64,000 nt of DNA from Tubulanus polymorphus (taxonomy: Eukaryota; Animalia; Nemertea). Shown one piece after another: positions 1 to 42,042 of the stretch. Within the stretch, counting starts at the first letter, position 1. Each line of letters starts with the position of its first letter. The stretch covers positions 21,672,150 to 21,736,149 of the forward strand of contig NC_134026.1 of NCBI RefSeq assembly GCF_964204645.1. The letters run 5' to 3'. Below the pieces are notes generated by a model. The model saw only the letters and a program-made list of their open reading frames with translations, searched no databases and was not told the origin of the DNA. Made by a program: the position numbers and the translations under genes.

Positions 1-1746
1 GGCCCTTAGTTGAGATAAGTACTTAGACAATTCAAATCTTGGGTTTTTGCACATATCATATCGAAACCGAATCACACGCGTAGTCGTTCGTTTCAGAGCA
101 CATGAATCAACATCTCCTGCGGCAGGGGTTCGAACCTGATCGTGTCGCTAGGCTCAGCCACGACACGAAAGGAGAGTCTCGATCCTATCGATGCCGGGGA
201 GTATGACAAATCAACTAAATAACGTATTTCTCCGCTGCCATCGTCGAAACACGTTTATAAGTGGTAAATGGACATTGAAGCCTCGGGGAGACGGGCCTGA
301 CCAGGATCTGAGATCGTTATTTGATGAGCTCCAGAAAACCGAAAATGAAAGACTATCGCAGATATTAAAACCAGTGAAAGTCGATTACATATCGTTATTT
401 ATTTCAAATATATTAGATTTATTATTTTTCTTTTAAAAAATTCTTACATCCGTAGCTGCTTACAACATCTTTTATACTCACATAATGTAATTCATAATAC
501 GACCGGGGTTTTCAAGAATTCTTCCAGAAACCAAGCTGGAATTCTTCCAAAACTAAATGACACATTTGGTCGAAAAACCTCAAAAACCAATGACTCATTT
601 TGTCAGAAATCGACTAGAAAACAGTTCTCCAATTTAGTAGTTGAAATCATGAACAATTGTTTAAATTTCGCTAACATACATAAACATATTTTTCTTGGAT
701 AAATGATAATGCTATAATTTGAAACATTAACAAAAATCTTATCTTAAACGCACAATAAGATTATATTATTCACCATAAATACACAATCATCAATTCGATA
801 AGATTTTCTATTCCATAAATCAAGTCCATAAAATGCTTCTTCTGTGGAAATATAGAGAGTTTAATAAAGAAGAAAATGATATCATTCTTACAACTATAAA
901 TGCAACATTATACATGTAGGCCTACTATACAGCACCCAGCTCCAAGGCTATGGAATCTAAATCGTCGAGACCAAAAAACCTACTTTCCATAATAGAGGAA
1001 TTCCATCCTAGTTAAACAATGGGATCGCCATTTTCCCCTGAAAGAAATATCTGAATGTGATACCGTCACTGGTCAGTAATATCATATAAAAACTATCTTA
1101 ACCAGTTGAGCATCAAAAACAAAAACTCGAATATCAAAATTTCAAAAAATAATGTAGGTAGCGATTCAATTTCTAAAAGCAACCAAAAAAAATATCATGA
1201 TGACCATAAAATCCAAAATTAACAAGACAATACGTCAAGAACAACAAGTCATAGATTCTGAAGTAAATGGTGTGTTAAAATTCTGTTTTTTTTTCATTTC
1301 CCGGGCTTGTTTCCTAGTTTTTGAGTTGGAATGTTGATACGAAGATTCATAACATTGAAAAGAATGTATGCATAGAAATTCTATTCAGTCATGGTAAATC
1401 AAGTCTATATATCAATACATATAGTGATAACAATAATACAAATGCAACCACCATACGCAAATACGTGGGTCAATTAATTAGCAATAACACAATAAGGATA
1501 TTCTTTGAAGAGAATTTTATAATCTGTAAAAAAATATTTCGATATAGTGGTACGGCTTTAATGTAGAGGAGAAAACCTTTTGAATATACCGTTTCGTTTA
1601 GGCTTCATAAATTTTTTAAGATTATTTTAATACCCTATAATGAATGTCATACAATGATAATGTAATTGAAGATTATGCGATTAACATGGCTTTAATTTTG
1701 CAATTGTAACAGTTATGTTTATCATTGACATAAGACAAGTAACTAT

Positions 1747-1994
1747 AGCCGCGATCACACAGAGACGATGTGGCCCGGGCCAAATATCCCTGGACCAGGG
1801 CCGCGTCAAATTTGGCCCGTGCCTAATTAGAGCGCACGTTCACATGTTAACCATTCACTCAGTACTAAATGATGCTTAAACAAAGCAAAGTGAGTCAATT
1901 CCAGTTACAATTCACACGCAATAATTTGTCCCGTGCTAAAATTTGACTCTGGCCTAATCTGGCCCTGGCCAAAAAAGCTCATGTGATTGCGGCT
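1747..1994. mobile_element. Harbinger/PIF-like MITE, family A
   Basis: TIR AGCCGCGATCACA...TGTGATTGCGGCT with 3-bp TAT duplication; related copies at 18191, ~19060, 20635, 26644 and 29394. Confidence 0.75.
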
Positions 1995-2576
1995 TATGAT
2001 ATTCAATATTGTTGCATTGACCAGGACCATTTGTAATTCTGTTATTCTATCTTGAATATATTGAAACTCAATTCTATTACATACATAGAGAAAACAGCAC
2101 ATTTGCAAAAAAAAAGATTTCTAAAGATGAGAAAATTTGTCATTTATTTTTCATCTTTGATTACATCGAAACACAACGTATATATCTGTATATATCAACT
2201 CATTTGAGAAGATTCGATTTGATAAAAAAGATACAACGCGATAATACCATAAAAGTAGGGCATCACAAAACATTCAGAAAGAATACAATTCATCCTTGGA
2301 ACATAAAACTTGGCAGATCACTGAACAAAAAATGCATTTTATTGAGAGTACCACTCAACTAATACTTTTGTAGTACAGTGAAGCTAACGCATGTCAGATC
2401 GCTGTTCGTCGGACAGTTTGACCGGTTGGAAAGAGTTTCTAGGTCCAGAATTTTCATTCGGTTAATTTTCCTATCAAAATCTATCTAAGCCGGATTTATA
2501 AGTCTGTCGTCCCTAAGTCTGACGAACCTCTGAAAAAAAGTTTGTCAAAGGATTAGCAGTGTCAGGTGGTTGCCTG

Positions 2577-2707
2577 GGGCCAGTCGCTCAAAAAGTTGGT
2601 TAGAAGAGTTAACAAGTGGATAGTTGACATAGTGACGATTAAAAGTTCATTGTTAATATGGTATTTATCAGCCAGTTATCTTTTATCAACTTTTGAGCAA
2701 CTGGCCC
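2577..2707. mobile_element. Palindromic MITE, family B (CWG target site, Harbinger-like)
   Basis: gggccagtcgctcaaaaagttg...caacttttgagcaactggccc flanked by CTG/CTG; homologous to copies at 23873 and 31501. Confidence 0.75.
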
Positions 2708-3951
2708 CTGGTTTGTTTTCTTTGAGAGATAAAATATCCCACACAAAGTAAGTTTAATTTGTACTTTTACTTGAAGTTGAATTTTTTCAAATGTCCATAA
2801 ATTCCACTTTTCTGATCTACGCAATTTCTTCTGTAGTGTACATTTGACCTCAAAACAGAATATAGATGAAAACACATCCATTCCATTCCAGCAAACAAAT
2901 TATAACTTACATCTCATGACCATAATCAATATAACATAATTATGATCTAGTTTAACAATTAACCTTTTACAAAATTTACAAACTTTAACAATATCCGTAT
3001 ATATGACTATTGTATGTCAATATGAAAACTGCTATAGCAAGACTAGTCTCAATCTAGGAATTACCATATTTACATTAAAAACTTTTAAAATGATTTTTCC
3101 ATTCAGTCAATGAGAATAGACCATAAACCCTCTATGACTATGAAAAGAATTAGAATTTTGTGTATAAAGGACAAGGACTTCCTATTGGTATCATAGATAC
3201 TGTCTAAGTTCCATTCTACTGTGCGACTGTCAGCAATCCAGATTATTCTTCCAACGCGGCAATCCATAGATTCGACTTTTCCTTCTTGTTTAAATCAACG
3301 GAAATGGAACCTTACCGACGAACACTCAAAAGATAACCTTCTGATGTTTAATGCATTTCCTTCCTGTTCATAGGCTGTAGCGAGGACTCATGAAATCCAA
3401 CAGCTACATAAACATTATTATTATCATAACCATGTATTCATGTCAATGATGTGTTATGGCTATATATGGTCGCGGCGGAATTAATGGCTGCGTGTCCATG
3501 CACACCCGGTGCTGAGGTCGTTATTCTCCAGCGCTAGTGATTACAGCTAGCACTCGTAGAAATACATTTCTTACTTGATTTACCAACGACAGACAAACCG
3601 TATCAATGTTGCGTATCGAAAAGCATTTCTTCATACATCTTAGGGCAATCACGAACGCGCAAGAATTGTATTCGTCAGTTATTCAAAGATCTTGACTTTC
3701 AATCATACAGTCCAGTCCACATTCGATGTCGCAAGATGAACGTTTCATCCGACTTCATATCATCAGCTAGAACCGGCGTGCCTGGGTGACAATGAAATGC
3801 AGATAGGCAAATTCTCAAAGGGACACTCGAAGACAAAATCTTGGAGAACGATCAGGCAATTTATCCCATTCGTCGATAAAGCGACGCATTTGAAAGGAAC
3901 TGAATATCCTGAGTCGAATGACACTAAAACTGAATAAATGAATAGCTTTAT

Positions 3952-32558
<28,607 letters not shown>

Positions 32559-33192
32559 AGTGCACCCTATTTTGGCAGCTGTTCACTTAAAGCATCAGAT
32601 CGGGGAAATGCCCGATCTATGCTTTCAAATATCAATTAAAAAATGAACGTTCATTTGGTTGATAATCCATTCACGTTCATTATATAATCCATTATTCATA
32701 ATCTGCATACATCATCACTCACTGAATTTGTCACTAATGGATTCACAATTATCGCAGTGTTCTGTATAATGTTTCTACTTCCACGCATTTTTATTGCTTT
32801 AGATACCAATATATGGTGAAGTTAAGCAGAGACACACAGTAACCGCATCGCAGTTTAGTTTCCCGATAGGATATTTCCGCGCAGCCCAGAATGATATCTG
32901 AAGAAGTCAACAACCAACGAATAGGTCACTATCAGATACAACTGCTCCGGGGAACATGCTCAGTAACCATCATTGCAGACACCATCTCTGAAGATATTAA
33001 CACTATAAGTAACAGTTCAGGTTAGGCCTAATTGTTAACGAATACATCCAGCTGCGTATTAAAAGCTAAACATTGATTAGCGATGAAAAAGTAGCCTACC
33101 CATCAACACATAAATCAATCAGCCATCTAGTTCAGCTAGTTCAGAAGATTGAAACTATCGCACATAAGCTCAGTTAAAAACGCAAAACTCAC

Positions 33193-33430
33193 CACAACAG
33201 TCAACCAAAAAAACCAAACAAAAGTCTTATGTTCCTTTTAATCTTATATCTCCTCAATGAGTTGAGACCAAAATCCACGGTTGCTGATTAAAAGCTAAAA
33301 TAATTATTGAAAAGTTGAATTTAACTCACAATTGCGGATAACAGTAGAATGGAGCCCGGTTGTACTGCGCGCTTAAATCGTACACTGCTGAACTGAAAAT
33401 GACTGACTGTCCATTTTCTCTTCCGGGTTC
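33193..33430 (-). promoter_or_regulatory. Probable non-coding first exon and promoter of STK32
   Basis: Donor gtgagt at 33187-33192, candidate acceptor cag near 32898-32900 upstream of the ATG exon, ETS-like CCGGAAG (minus strand) near 33420-33426. Confidence 0.4.
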
Positions 33431-34880
33431 AGGGTTTTCCAATTTCTGTAGCTAGCGAGTGTTGTACTTGTTAGGTCTCATACCTCGGTGCGAGCGCGTA
33501 ACTGGAAACTCGGGGACCCGAAACGATGATGATATTAACGACATTGTTATCAAAATAATCGTTCCACGAAATTGAATGATTTAATCTATTTAGCGTAGAG
33601 ATCGCTGCGATGATAGCTTGTTACATTCCATGATTTTTTATTCTACGCATTTTATAGTAAAGGGATATGTCACATCCAAAATCTATGCAAGCCACACGGA
33701 AAAGCCCTCACAGTTCAAAAAGATGATAAAGTAATATAGTTATATAGGTTTTCCGTGGACCATAATTTGACGAATCTCATGCGGTGATTTCGTCAAATCA
33801 ACCCCTTGATCAAACTTGAATTTGAGAGGTGAATTTGACAAATTGCGTACCAGACGTGATTTTTTGCCCGAGTCATGAATTTCTCGAACTTTTTCACGAT
33901 TGAATTTTTCATAGCGCCTACTTTCAAATCATTTATTTGGGCGAGATCTGACTTCTAGTCGAAAATCTTAATCCCTTGATACCCGGGACCAAGGACATCC
34001 ATCCTTGCACGAGATATCGTAAGTAAGTAGGCCTACGCTGTGAGGCTAAGAAATTTTGGACTGTAGGCCTTCTAAGGCCATTTCCGCGAGTATGGTACAT
34101 TCAAAACAAGATCTCAAAAAATTCAAGCTAAAAACAAAGCTACCATTTTCTACATCTTATGGTTGGGCTATTATTCTTAAAACGTTTTTGAGATTCAAAC
34201 ATTTTTGGCTATGGGCGTCTCAGAAATTGGAGAACCAGACTTCTTGACCCCGAACTTGAAGAGTTAATAGAAAATGTGACAGGGGCCGGGGATCTAGAGG
34301 GGCGCACTCCCAAAATCCATATCACATATCAATTAAAAAGTCGTAGTCCCTCGAAGCCTTTGGAAAACCAGGGATTTGAAAAACCAGTTTTTTATTTTAC
34401 AGGGATACTTGGGTTGGTGATTGATAGGCCTACTGGTTTTATTCATTCACTATCGGTTGCGAGCCTGTGTGGAAAGAAAATACTCATTTTTGCATTTTTG
34501 GAAATACAGAGGACAAACATGAATTTCAACTTTTTTATGTATCAGTTAAATATTTTTCATTATTCCGTGAAGTTTGAACAACTTGACATTTTACGGGCGC
34601 ACCCATCCGGTCTCCCCTTGGATCCGCTCGCGGCATCTGTTAGTGTGTAACTGTGCCGATTCGGTGACGTTTCGTACTGCGGTTTCGCAATCAGAAATTG
34701 TCCCGATGCGGCGTCGAATCATTCCGCGCCATACGCTAACGATAAAACAAACAATCGAGCATCAATTTGATTTTCATTTCATTGTTCGCCGCCGGTGTGC
34801 TTTTTTGATTTAACTTTGGTAGATTATCTTTTCTGACTACACGAAGGACGGGTATTATTAGCTGTGGATAAATATTAAGA

Positions 34881-37800
34881 ATGCCGTGCGGTATAAAGAG
34901 AAGCCACAATATGCGCACAGATGAGGCGTGTGGTGTGGTTGTTGAAGACGAAGAAAAGAAACGAGATCTCAACCAGAACGTCCATCATCATCATGTGGTG
35001 GTAAATCCACAGGGACTTGACACAAAAGGATTTTGACTCCAGTATCCTAGGTACTATATATAAAAAGTCTGGTAAAAGTGCAGATCCGCACCTCCTCGTG
35101 ATCGACGCAATCTACTGAATGACAGAATCAAGGCTAAAATCTAGTGAAGATATCTTAGAATTAACCAATGGAAATCGTACTGAATTGCTGCTGATGACAT
35201 TTTGAATCTGAAACAATGATAATTAATGTAATTGATTGAACCGTTTACGGGGAGAGGTGCGGATCTGCACTTTTACCAAAAGTCTTTTTATAATAGTACC
35301 TAGGATACTGGTGTCAAAATCCTTTTGTGTCAAGCCCCTCTGTAAATACCATATAGTTAAAGCTTAGAACTGTTGAGTAGATTTCACAGAAGAACTATAA
35401 ATGGGAAAACCCGGGCTAAAATGAAACAGGATATCTGATTGGCTAATAATGACCTCATCTAAGCTGCGCATATACCTGCGCACCTAGTCTTGTGTGGCAC
35501 GGTTTTGTACCGTGGCGAGTCTCGATGCAATCAGGTTCGAATCCCTGCCGGAAAGGATGGTATCAACAGCGACGTATCCTTCATTTTTAGGGGGGATGTA
35601 GTCTGAATACCAGTCGTTGTTACCGGTTCCCTACAACGTCTGACGCTAAAATATCATATAAAGGTTACCTCCTGTTAATTGCAATGCAACAACTGATTTT
35701 AGTGTCAAATCAAACCTTTGTACTCAAATAAATTAATTAGTTAGGCTACCTTGTTGACTTTGAAAACGGGTTTTAGGCCTATAGCCTAATAATATTTTTG
35801 ATGATTTATATCGCGAACAGGAGAATTTATTGATTTGATTTGAATTGATTGCCACAATCGGGATTTCCAATAGGCCTACGGACTAAATGTGAAAATTCAA
35901 TATGTCTCTCTAAATGTTTTTTTTTGTTGGTAAAACGCATAAATTTTGGTCAATTTTACCATAAGAATTTGAAAGAAGAACAATATCTGCATTGGCATCA
36001 ATGTCAGTCCAAGTTCAAGTCCGAATCTGTAATTTATACTCCCATCATGCAACACGAAAAACCGTCATGTTTGTTAAGTTGCTTCACTTCAACTGTTTTT
36101 TGAGGCGACTAGTAAAAAGTTTTGAGTTACTACGATCGTCAAAAGCTACTTAGGATTACAAATTCATGCACAAACAATAGTTAACTTGCATCTGATTACA
36201 GAACAGTCAGTTTGAGGTAAGTTGATGGTGATTTGAGGAGTGAAATAGATGCTCAAAGCCTCGGCCCTCAAAGTGAGGGACGAAAATTAACCTTATATGA
36301 GCACTTTCGCCCTAGACGTTGTTTGAGGAACGACGGCTAGGTACTAGACCAGGGGGATGTGCACCCTTGTCCCCCTAGATCAACCCCTGCATAGGCCTAG
36401 TCAGTAACCTGTCTGTGGTTTAGTTTCAATATCGGATATTTTCACCAACTCACAGGGACCTGACATAAAGTTTTTGACCCCAGTATCCTAAGAACTAAAG
36501 TTTACACTACAAACTAACTAGCATGGCCTTACAGACAAACCATATAGTTTTGATGTTAAAAGTGTTTTAATGTGATGAGAATTTTGGTGAACTTGAATTT
36601 GATAGTTCCATTTTTTCTTTGAATTCTTTTTCCAATGAGATTTTCAATCATCATCATAATTTTTCAATATATTCTGATAAATCATAGGCCTAGGTCTAAT
36701 ATGATAGATATCTTCACAGTGAAGATTCCATATGATAATTCCAGTAAATCACTGGAATTATCATCCAATTCGAAATTTAGTCATTCTTTTCCATCGAGTC
36801 TGGCTTCAAAAACAGTGCAGATGGGCTACTTGCCCATTTTTGTAGTAGCCTAAATAATTTAAATATACCCTCCTAACGATCTCGCAATTTTGCGAGCGGA
36901 ATAGGCCTATATTGAAATCTCATTGGAAAAAGAATTTCCTTGTAGCAGAGTTGGATCCGGGTTAAACTAATAAAAATCGATGTAAATTTGCGTGTGTGAA
37001 ACGGACTACGATGATTAAACTCAAAATTTTTATTTGAATTACATTTAGCTGATTAACCTGAACTAGGGCCTTGATCTCCGTGGATGAATAAGCCCATCCG
37101 ATTTTAAAAGCTTACCACCAAAGATTTGGTAACTAACTACTCGGCACACCCATTGCTTAAGACTTAAATAAAAAATGCAACATAGTTGTACTCGAGCTAA
37201 AAAACAAATGATGATACTTCTTTCATATTTCTTCTCAGGATGCCTCAATCTACATGAATATGTATGATATTAAAGAGTTCAATTGAGTTGAATGATGCCA
37301 TTTTATTTTTTTAAAGTGTTTACCTATGATATACCTTAGTGGGCTATGTACTGACTTCATACTTGTTCACCTATTGCCCGAAGGGTTGTTATAAATTGAT
37401 TCTCAAGTTCGGCTCCTAGGATTTGCTGTTACCATCACGTTTATGACCCACTTTCATATCATTAGAACATAACCCGACCGAACGATTCGATAATGGTGTC
37501 AACTTAGTTCAGAATAAAGGCGACCTGCTAAAGAATGTAGTGCTTCCTGGTGAAATAGGCCAAACTACGTTCGAAAGTGTCATTTTCCCGACACAATTCC
37601 GCTGTACGATAAAGCGTGTCGCAATAAAAATCAATTGTCTGTCGGGAAACAAAGAGATGATCGGTTTTGTACAATAAAGAATGAAATATAGTTGATATAA
37701 TGATATTTGCATTTTTAAAAGTATTTACGTGGCAGGAGATTATATGCGCGTTGACTGATTACAGTTGGCATTTTAGGTACATTGGTAGTAGACAACTCCG

Positions 37801-39109
37801 AATTCCAAATTATTTAATTACAACTCATTTGAGCGTAGAATCAATCCCTTTTTAACTCAGAACTGAATCTAGTGGAATTGTTTTTATCCTAGACTCAATT
37901 CTATGTCCCATGAATGGAGTATTGTAACCCAGGGGCTGGTTTTATCTTTAACCCTAACCCAAGACTTTTAAATCTTGTGAAGAAAAGTTTTATTTTGGAT
38001 ATGCGTAAAACTACCGGTACTTAAGCTTGGGTTAGGTTATTGATGTCATGGTGTGCAAGATATGTTTTTTATAAAGAATTATTGGCTTAGTCTTCTAATG
38101 CAGTGTGTTGAATGTCTGTACAGTAGTTAAAGGCTATTGTCTTTCCTTGATTTTTTTGCTGTTCATTTCGTAGCGAATAAAACTGCTTGAAATTTGTGTC
38201 TTAATCTAGGAGTGTATCATTAAGAAAATAAAACCTAAAATCATACTACTGTTTTTTTTTTTCAGAAAAGACCATGTTATGATATGTTAGGCGTTCACGA
38301 AAGGTTAATGGATGTGAATGAGAGCGACCACGCAATGGACATAGGTGAGCGTAAAAACATAAAATTGAAAATGGTAGGCCTACCTAAAATCTTGAAAATG
38401 GTAGAATAACTTTTGAAATCATGCAATTATTGATGGCAAATACAGTAGTAGCACTCGCTTAATTCGGATTTTCCAATCCGAATTTTCACTTGATTCGGAT
38501 GAAATAATTGGTCCATCTGGAACCGTATAAACTATTATGCATTATATGGAGAAATCTGACAGTCCCTAGTCATCCGAATTAAGCGAGTTCTACTGAACAA
38601 CTGAATTTTTTACAAATGAGAAGATTTTCAGAATTTTCTCAGAAACTCAGGGTGTAGAGTATCGGGGTACATTCCAAAACCTTTGCCAGAAATTGTCATT
38701 TGGGGTTTTGTTAATTGTCATTCTATGGCTAAATTTTCAGAGTATGATAATTCTGCAGAAAATGTTCACCTCAACTGCACCAGTAATTCGTCTTTACAAA
38801 CCGTAACACCGAGTCACAATCAGGTAGGCCTATGATGATGGTCTTGGGTTTCTTTGTAACTCAATTTCGTTGTACTAAACCATACATTTTGTTGTGAACT
38901 TTATTTTCAAATTCATTTCGCAGGCATTATTGAACACACCAGCAGAGATTGACAGCCGGCAATGTCCTCGCTGTTTGGCCGGTGAATCAGTACGTATCTA
39001 CAGTAAATACAGTAAATCGAATGAAAGGCCGAGCGGGATTGGTTAGAATGGTGTATAATGATATTTTTCTTACTCATTTCAGGGACATATCACCCACATT
39101 ACTCGATAA
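34881..39109 (+). CDS. C10orf143: Small uncharacterised protein, C10orf143-like, 5 exons, ~124 aa
   Basis: Exons 34881-35000 (MPCGIKRSHNM...HHHHVV), 38266-38344 (KRPCYDMLG...), 38741-38823, 38924-38989 (...QCPRCLAGES), 39083-39109 (GHITHITR*). All GT-AG and in phase. C-terminal CPRCLAGESGH matches the CPRCIAGESGH motif I recall for human C10orf143. AATAAA at 39859. The first exon is the least certain. Confidence 0.8.
35010..35342. mobile_element. Foldback MITE with ~90-nt inverted arms
   Basis: cttgacacaaaaggattttgac..cagtatcctaggtacta..ggtaaaagtgcagatccgcacctc is mirrored at 35255-35335; a related fragment lies at ~36452-36495. Confidence 0.75.
35512..35560 (+). mobile_element. tRNA-derived SINE fragment
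   Basis: B-box caggttcgaatccctgc followed by ggatg; related copies at ~30345-30400 (+), ~105-160 (-) and ~40441-40485 (-). No full cloverleaf. Confidence 0.55.
38443..38595. mobile_element. Tc1/mariner (pogo-like) MITE
   Basis: TA-cagtag..actcgcttaattcggat / atccgaattaagcgagttctactg. Confidence 0.65.
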
Positions 39110-40605
39110 ATGCCGCAAACGTCGAACAAGTTCAGCTGATCTCCAAAACATATCCACAAATACTTATAACAATTCCACAAAACAGCCCAAATTTCTTCTG
39201 TTTTTCATTTCTACAGTTGAGAACCATACGTGCGCATGACCCACCAAAATATTTTTCGGACAACTAGGCTTTTACAGTTGTTTGTCTCAAAGCTGCATTT
39301 TATTTTATTATCATTAATGTTTTACTTAACCTATGTCCTTATCCCAGGATTCATAGCGAGTCTCCAAAGTATTTCCTTTTCATACAAATTTCAAAAAGTG
39401 CTTAATTTCTTAGGTACCCCAAATGATTTTTTGGCGTTATGTGTTTTACCAATGACCAATGTTAAATGCCTATTTATTTGCTGTGGGCTTCAACAAACTT
39501 TATGTGACGGATTAGGACGAGAGTCGCAGTCTTATATGATAAGAAAAGTGTCACAAAAATGCTTAGCTTACTTCTACCTCGGCCTAACTACATTTACTGC
39601 CGGTATGAACCCTGTTGTATCAGACATAGGATTTTTAATGTGCTGAATGTACAAAGTACAAAAAAATATAATTGTACCAAATTATAATATCTTATTTTGC
39701 ATTTGTTATACCTGGTAACAGAATAACCGCTATAACTACCAGGCAGCTGTAGTTTAATGCCACATTAAGCGTTTAAGACTTTGTATTTTTTTAGCTGGTA
39801 TTCTTGTTAGTGCTATATATACACTGTATATACATGTTGTAAATATTTATTACCCTGTAATAAATCTGAAATCAAAAGTTTATAATTGCTTTTTTGTCAA
39901 TATTTTAGGATGTATTGACGGAGTTAAGCTAAGCTCAGGTCAACTTGCAACCCGACTAGAGTGGTAAGAACAGTGATAGTACTCACAGGACTGTTGATTG
40001 TCGATTCATGTGTCTCATGATCTTAAGAGCGCCAGGTCAATTATAACTCGATCATCACCACGTGACGTTACACTCATCCCTGATTGGCTACAATGATCTG
40101 ATCTGGTTGTAGAAACATCTTGTTCTATCCGCACGATCAGTTTGCGATCAATCCACCGCAGTTGCAAGTAAACTAGTGCCGATAAGGTTCCCGATTGTCA
40201 CTGACTCGCCTCTGATTTGATCTGATTAGGTCGTAAGTCGATCAGAGCTTAGCTTTAGTTCCAATGGAAGGTTTATCAGTGGTGGATGGACAAATTCTGT
40301 GTGAGAAAATGTTGAGGGAAGTACTTACCCTATAAATGTTCAGAAATGCATGCACTGTAGACATCCGGAGAATGATTCTTCAACAACACTTGAAGCAACC
40401 AATTGATGGACCCAACATAAGCTCTGCATTCACAATGGACAATTCATCCTCCCTGGCAGGGATTCGAACCTGGTGATGGCTTAGAGACTGCTGTGGGTAT
40501 GAAATGATGGTTTCATGCCATGGCTGTGTAGTAATTACATTTTGCACCCTCAATCAAAGTAAATAGGCTCTTCAAGGCAACAGATCAATCACTAAACTGG
40601 GCATA

Positions 40606-40673
40606 CAGTCATACCTCGATTTAACGCCACCCTTGGGGATTCCTGATATTTCTGTTAAATCGAGGTATGACTG
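40606..40673. mobile_element. Minimal 68-bp Tc1/mariner (pogo-like) MITE
   Basis: Perfect 20-bp TIR cagtcatacctcgatttaac / gttaaatcgaggtatgactg with TA on both sides. Confidence 0.75.
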
Positions 40674-42042
40674 TACATATATTTTATAGTTCAAACCAAT
40701 GCGAGTATGTTCCAAGTTATGGAGGTCAAGCGACTCAATGAAGGCAATTTGAAGATAACCATGTACTGGTAACCTACCAACTGTAGGCTGGACCCATATC
40801 CACTACTAATAACAATAATCAAAGATGAACTGCCTATATAATTCAAGTAGGCGTCTTTATTGCAATAACCAGTTATTACATGTACTATAACATTGGCCAT
40901 AATAATAATGTACAAAATTCTGTAGAATTACTAATCAATACATAAGAAAGCATGGTCCAGATTTTCCATAAATTTGTCGCAGACATTGATTTAGTAAGAA
41001 TTCATGTAAGGGGCCGTGCATCAAGTATGTATGCTATAGGTTTTTAACCCCACGTCCACAGTATGTATGCCTTTAGTACATTTATCTTACTAAAACCCCT
41101 TTTGCAAACATACTTTGTGACCATACACCCTCCCCCCAATAATGATGTTGACAGGCAGTGAATTAATAGGTATTGATACGATGTTCAAAATTTAAAATAG
41201 ATGAATATTTAATCGAAAAATCACTCCTGTGCTGAACATCAAGTCCCCCATATAAAGTAATGCACGTTTTGGCTTGACCCCCCACCTTAACCATGTACAC
41301 TTTTGTACTGATTCACCCACATACTTTCTGTACAGCCCCAAACAGCATACCAGTAGCTATTTTATAATTCTGTGTTGTATGTACAGCAAACATTAAAATT
41401 AATTTATATAAACCCATTATGAATAAAATATCCAGATAACATTTCTTTTTTAAATATTCATGTACATAAATACCAATCAATAAGGCCTTTCACGCGCCGA
41501 AAAAACCAGTCATAATTACACTTATAAAAGTCCTATCTACAATCATTCATTAATTTTGTTTTTGAATGAAGTAATCAACTTTTTCTTCTACTATCAACCG
41601 AAGTTACCTATCACACAAACGCTTAAATATAAAATTGCCATCAAATTCACAATGCCATCAAGATTACTAGTGCCTTTAGGTCAGAGCTCACAAGACCATT
41701 CTGTCTATCTCGAGACGAATATCATTTCAGCCATCAAACTTTTCCCCGAATTTCCGAGGAATCATATGATTAAACCTAACATACGCAATCAAGTCAGTTG
41801 TTCAGAAATCGAGGCGATACCCAGGGTAAGGTAGAATCTACCCTGACGAACTTTGTTTAATTAAAAATCTTACAAAACACAAGCCCAAATATACTGAATC
41901 TTGATACTTTTCATATTCTTCCGTAACATTTGTCAACGTATTATGAGTACTACTCGGATTGAATCGAAATTATTCAACTCATATCACACTTTCCAAATCC
42001 TTTTTCTACCCTTTTAATTGGCGCACATCTACATTGCATATT

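Noticed and set aside
191-436. 81-aa ORF at the window start
   Set aside because: No recognisable homology or supported splice structure.
35512-35560. tRNA gene suggested by GGTTCGAATCCC (also near 125, 30360, 40460, 53728)
   Set aside because: B-box only, with no cloverleaf; mostly dispersed SINE-like copies.
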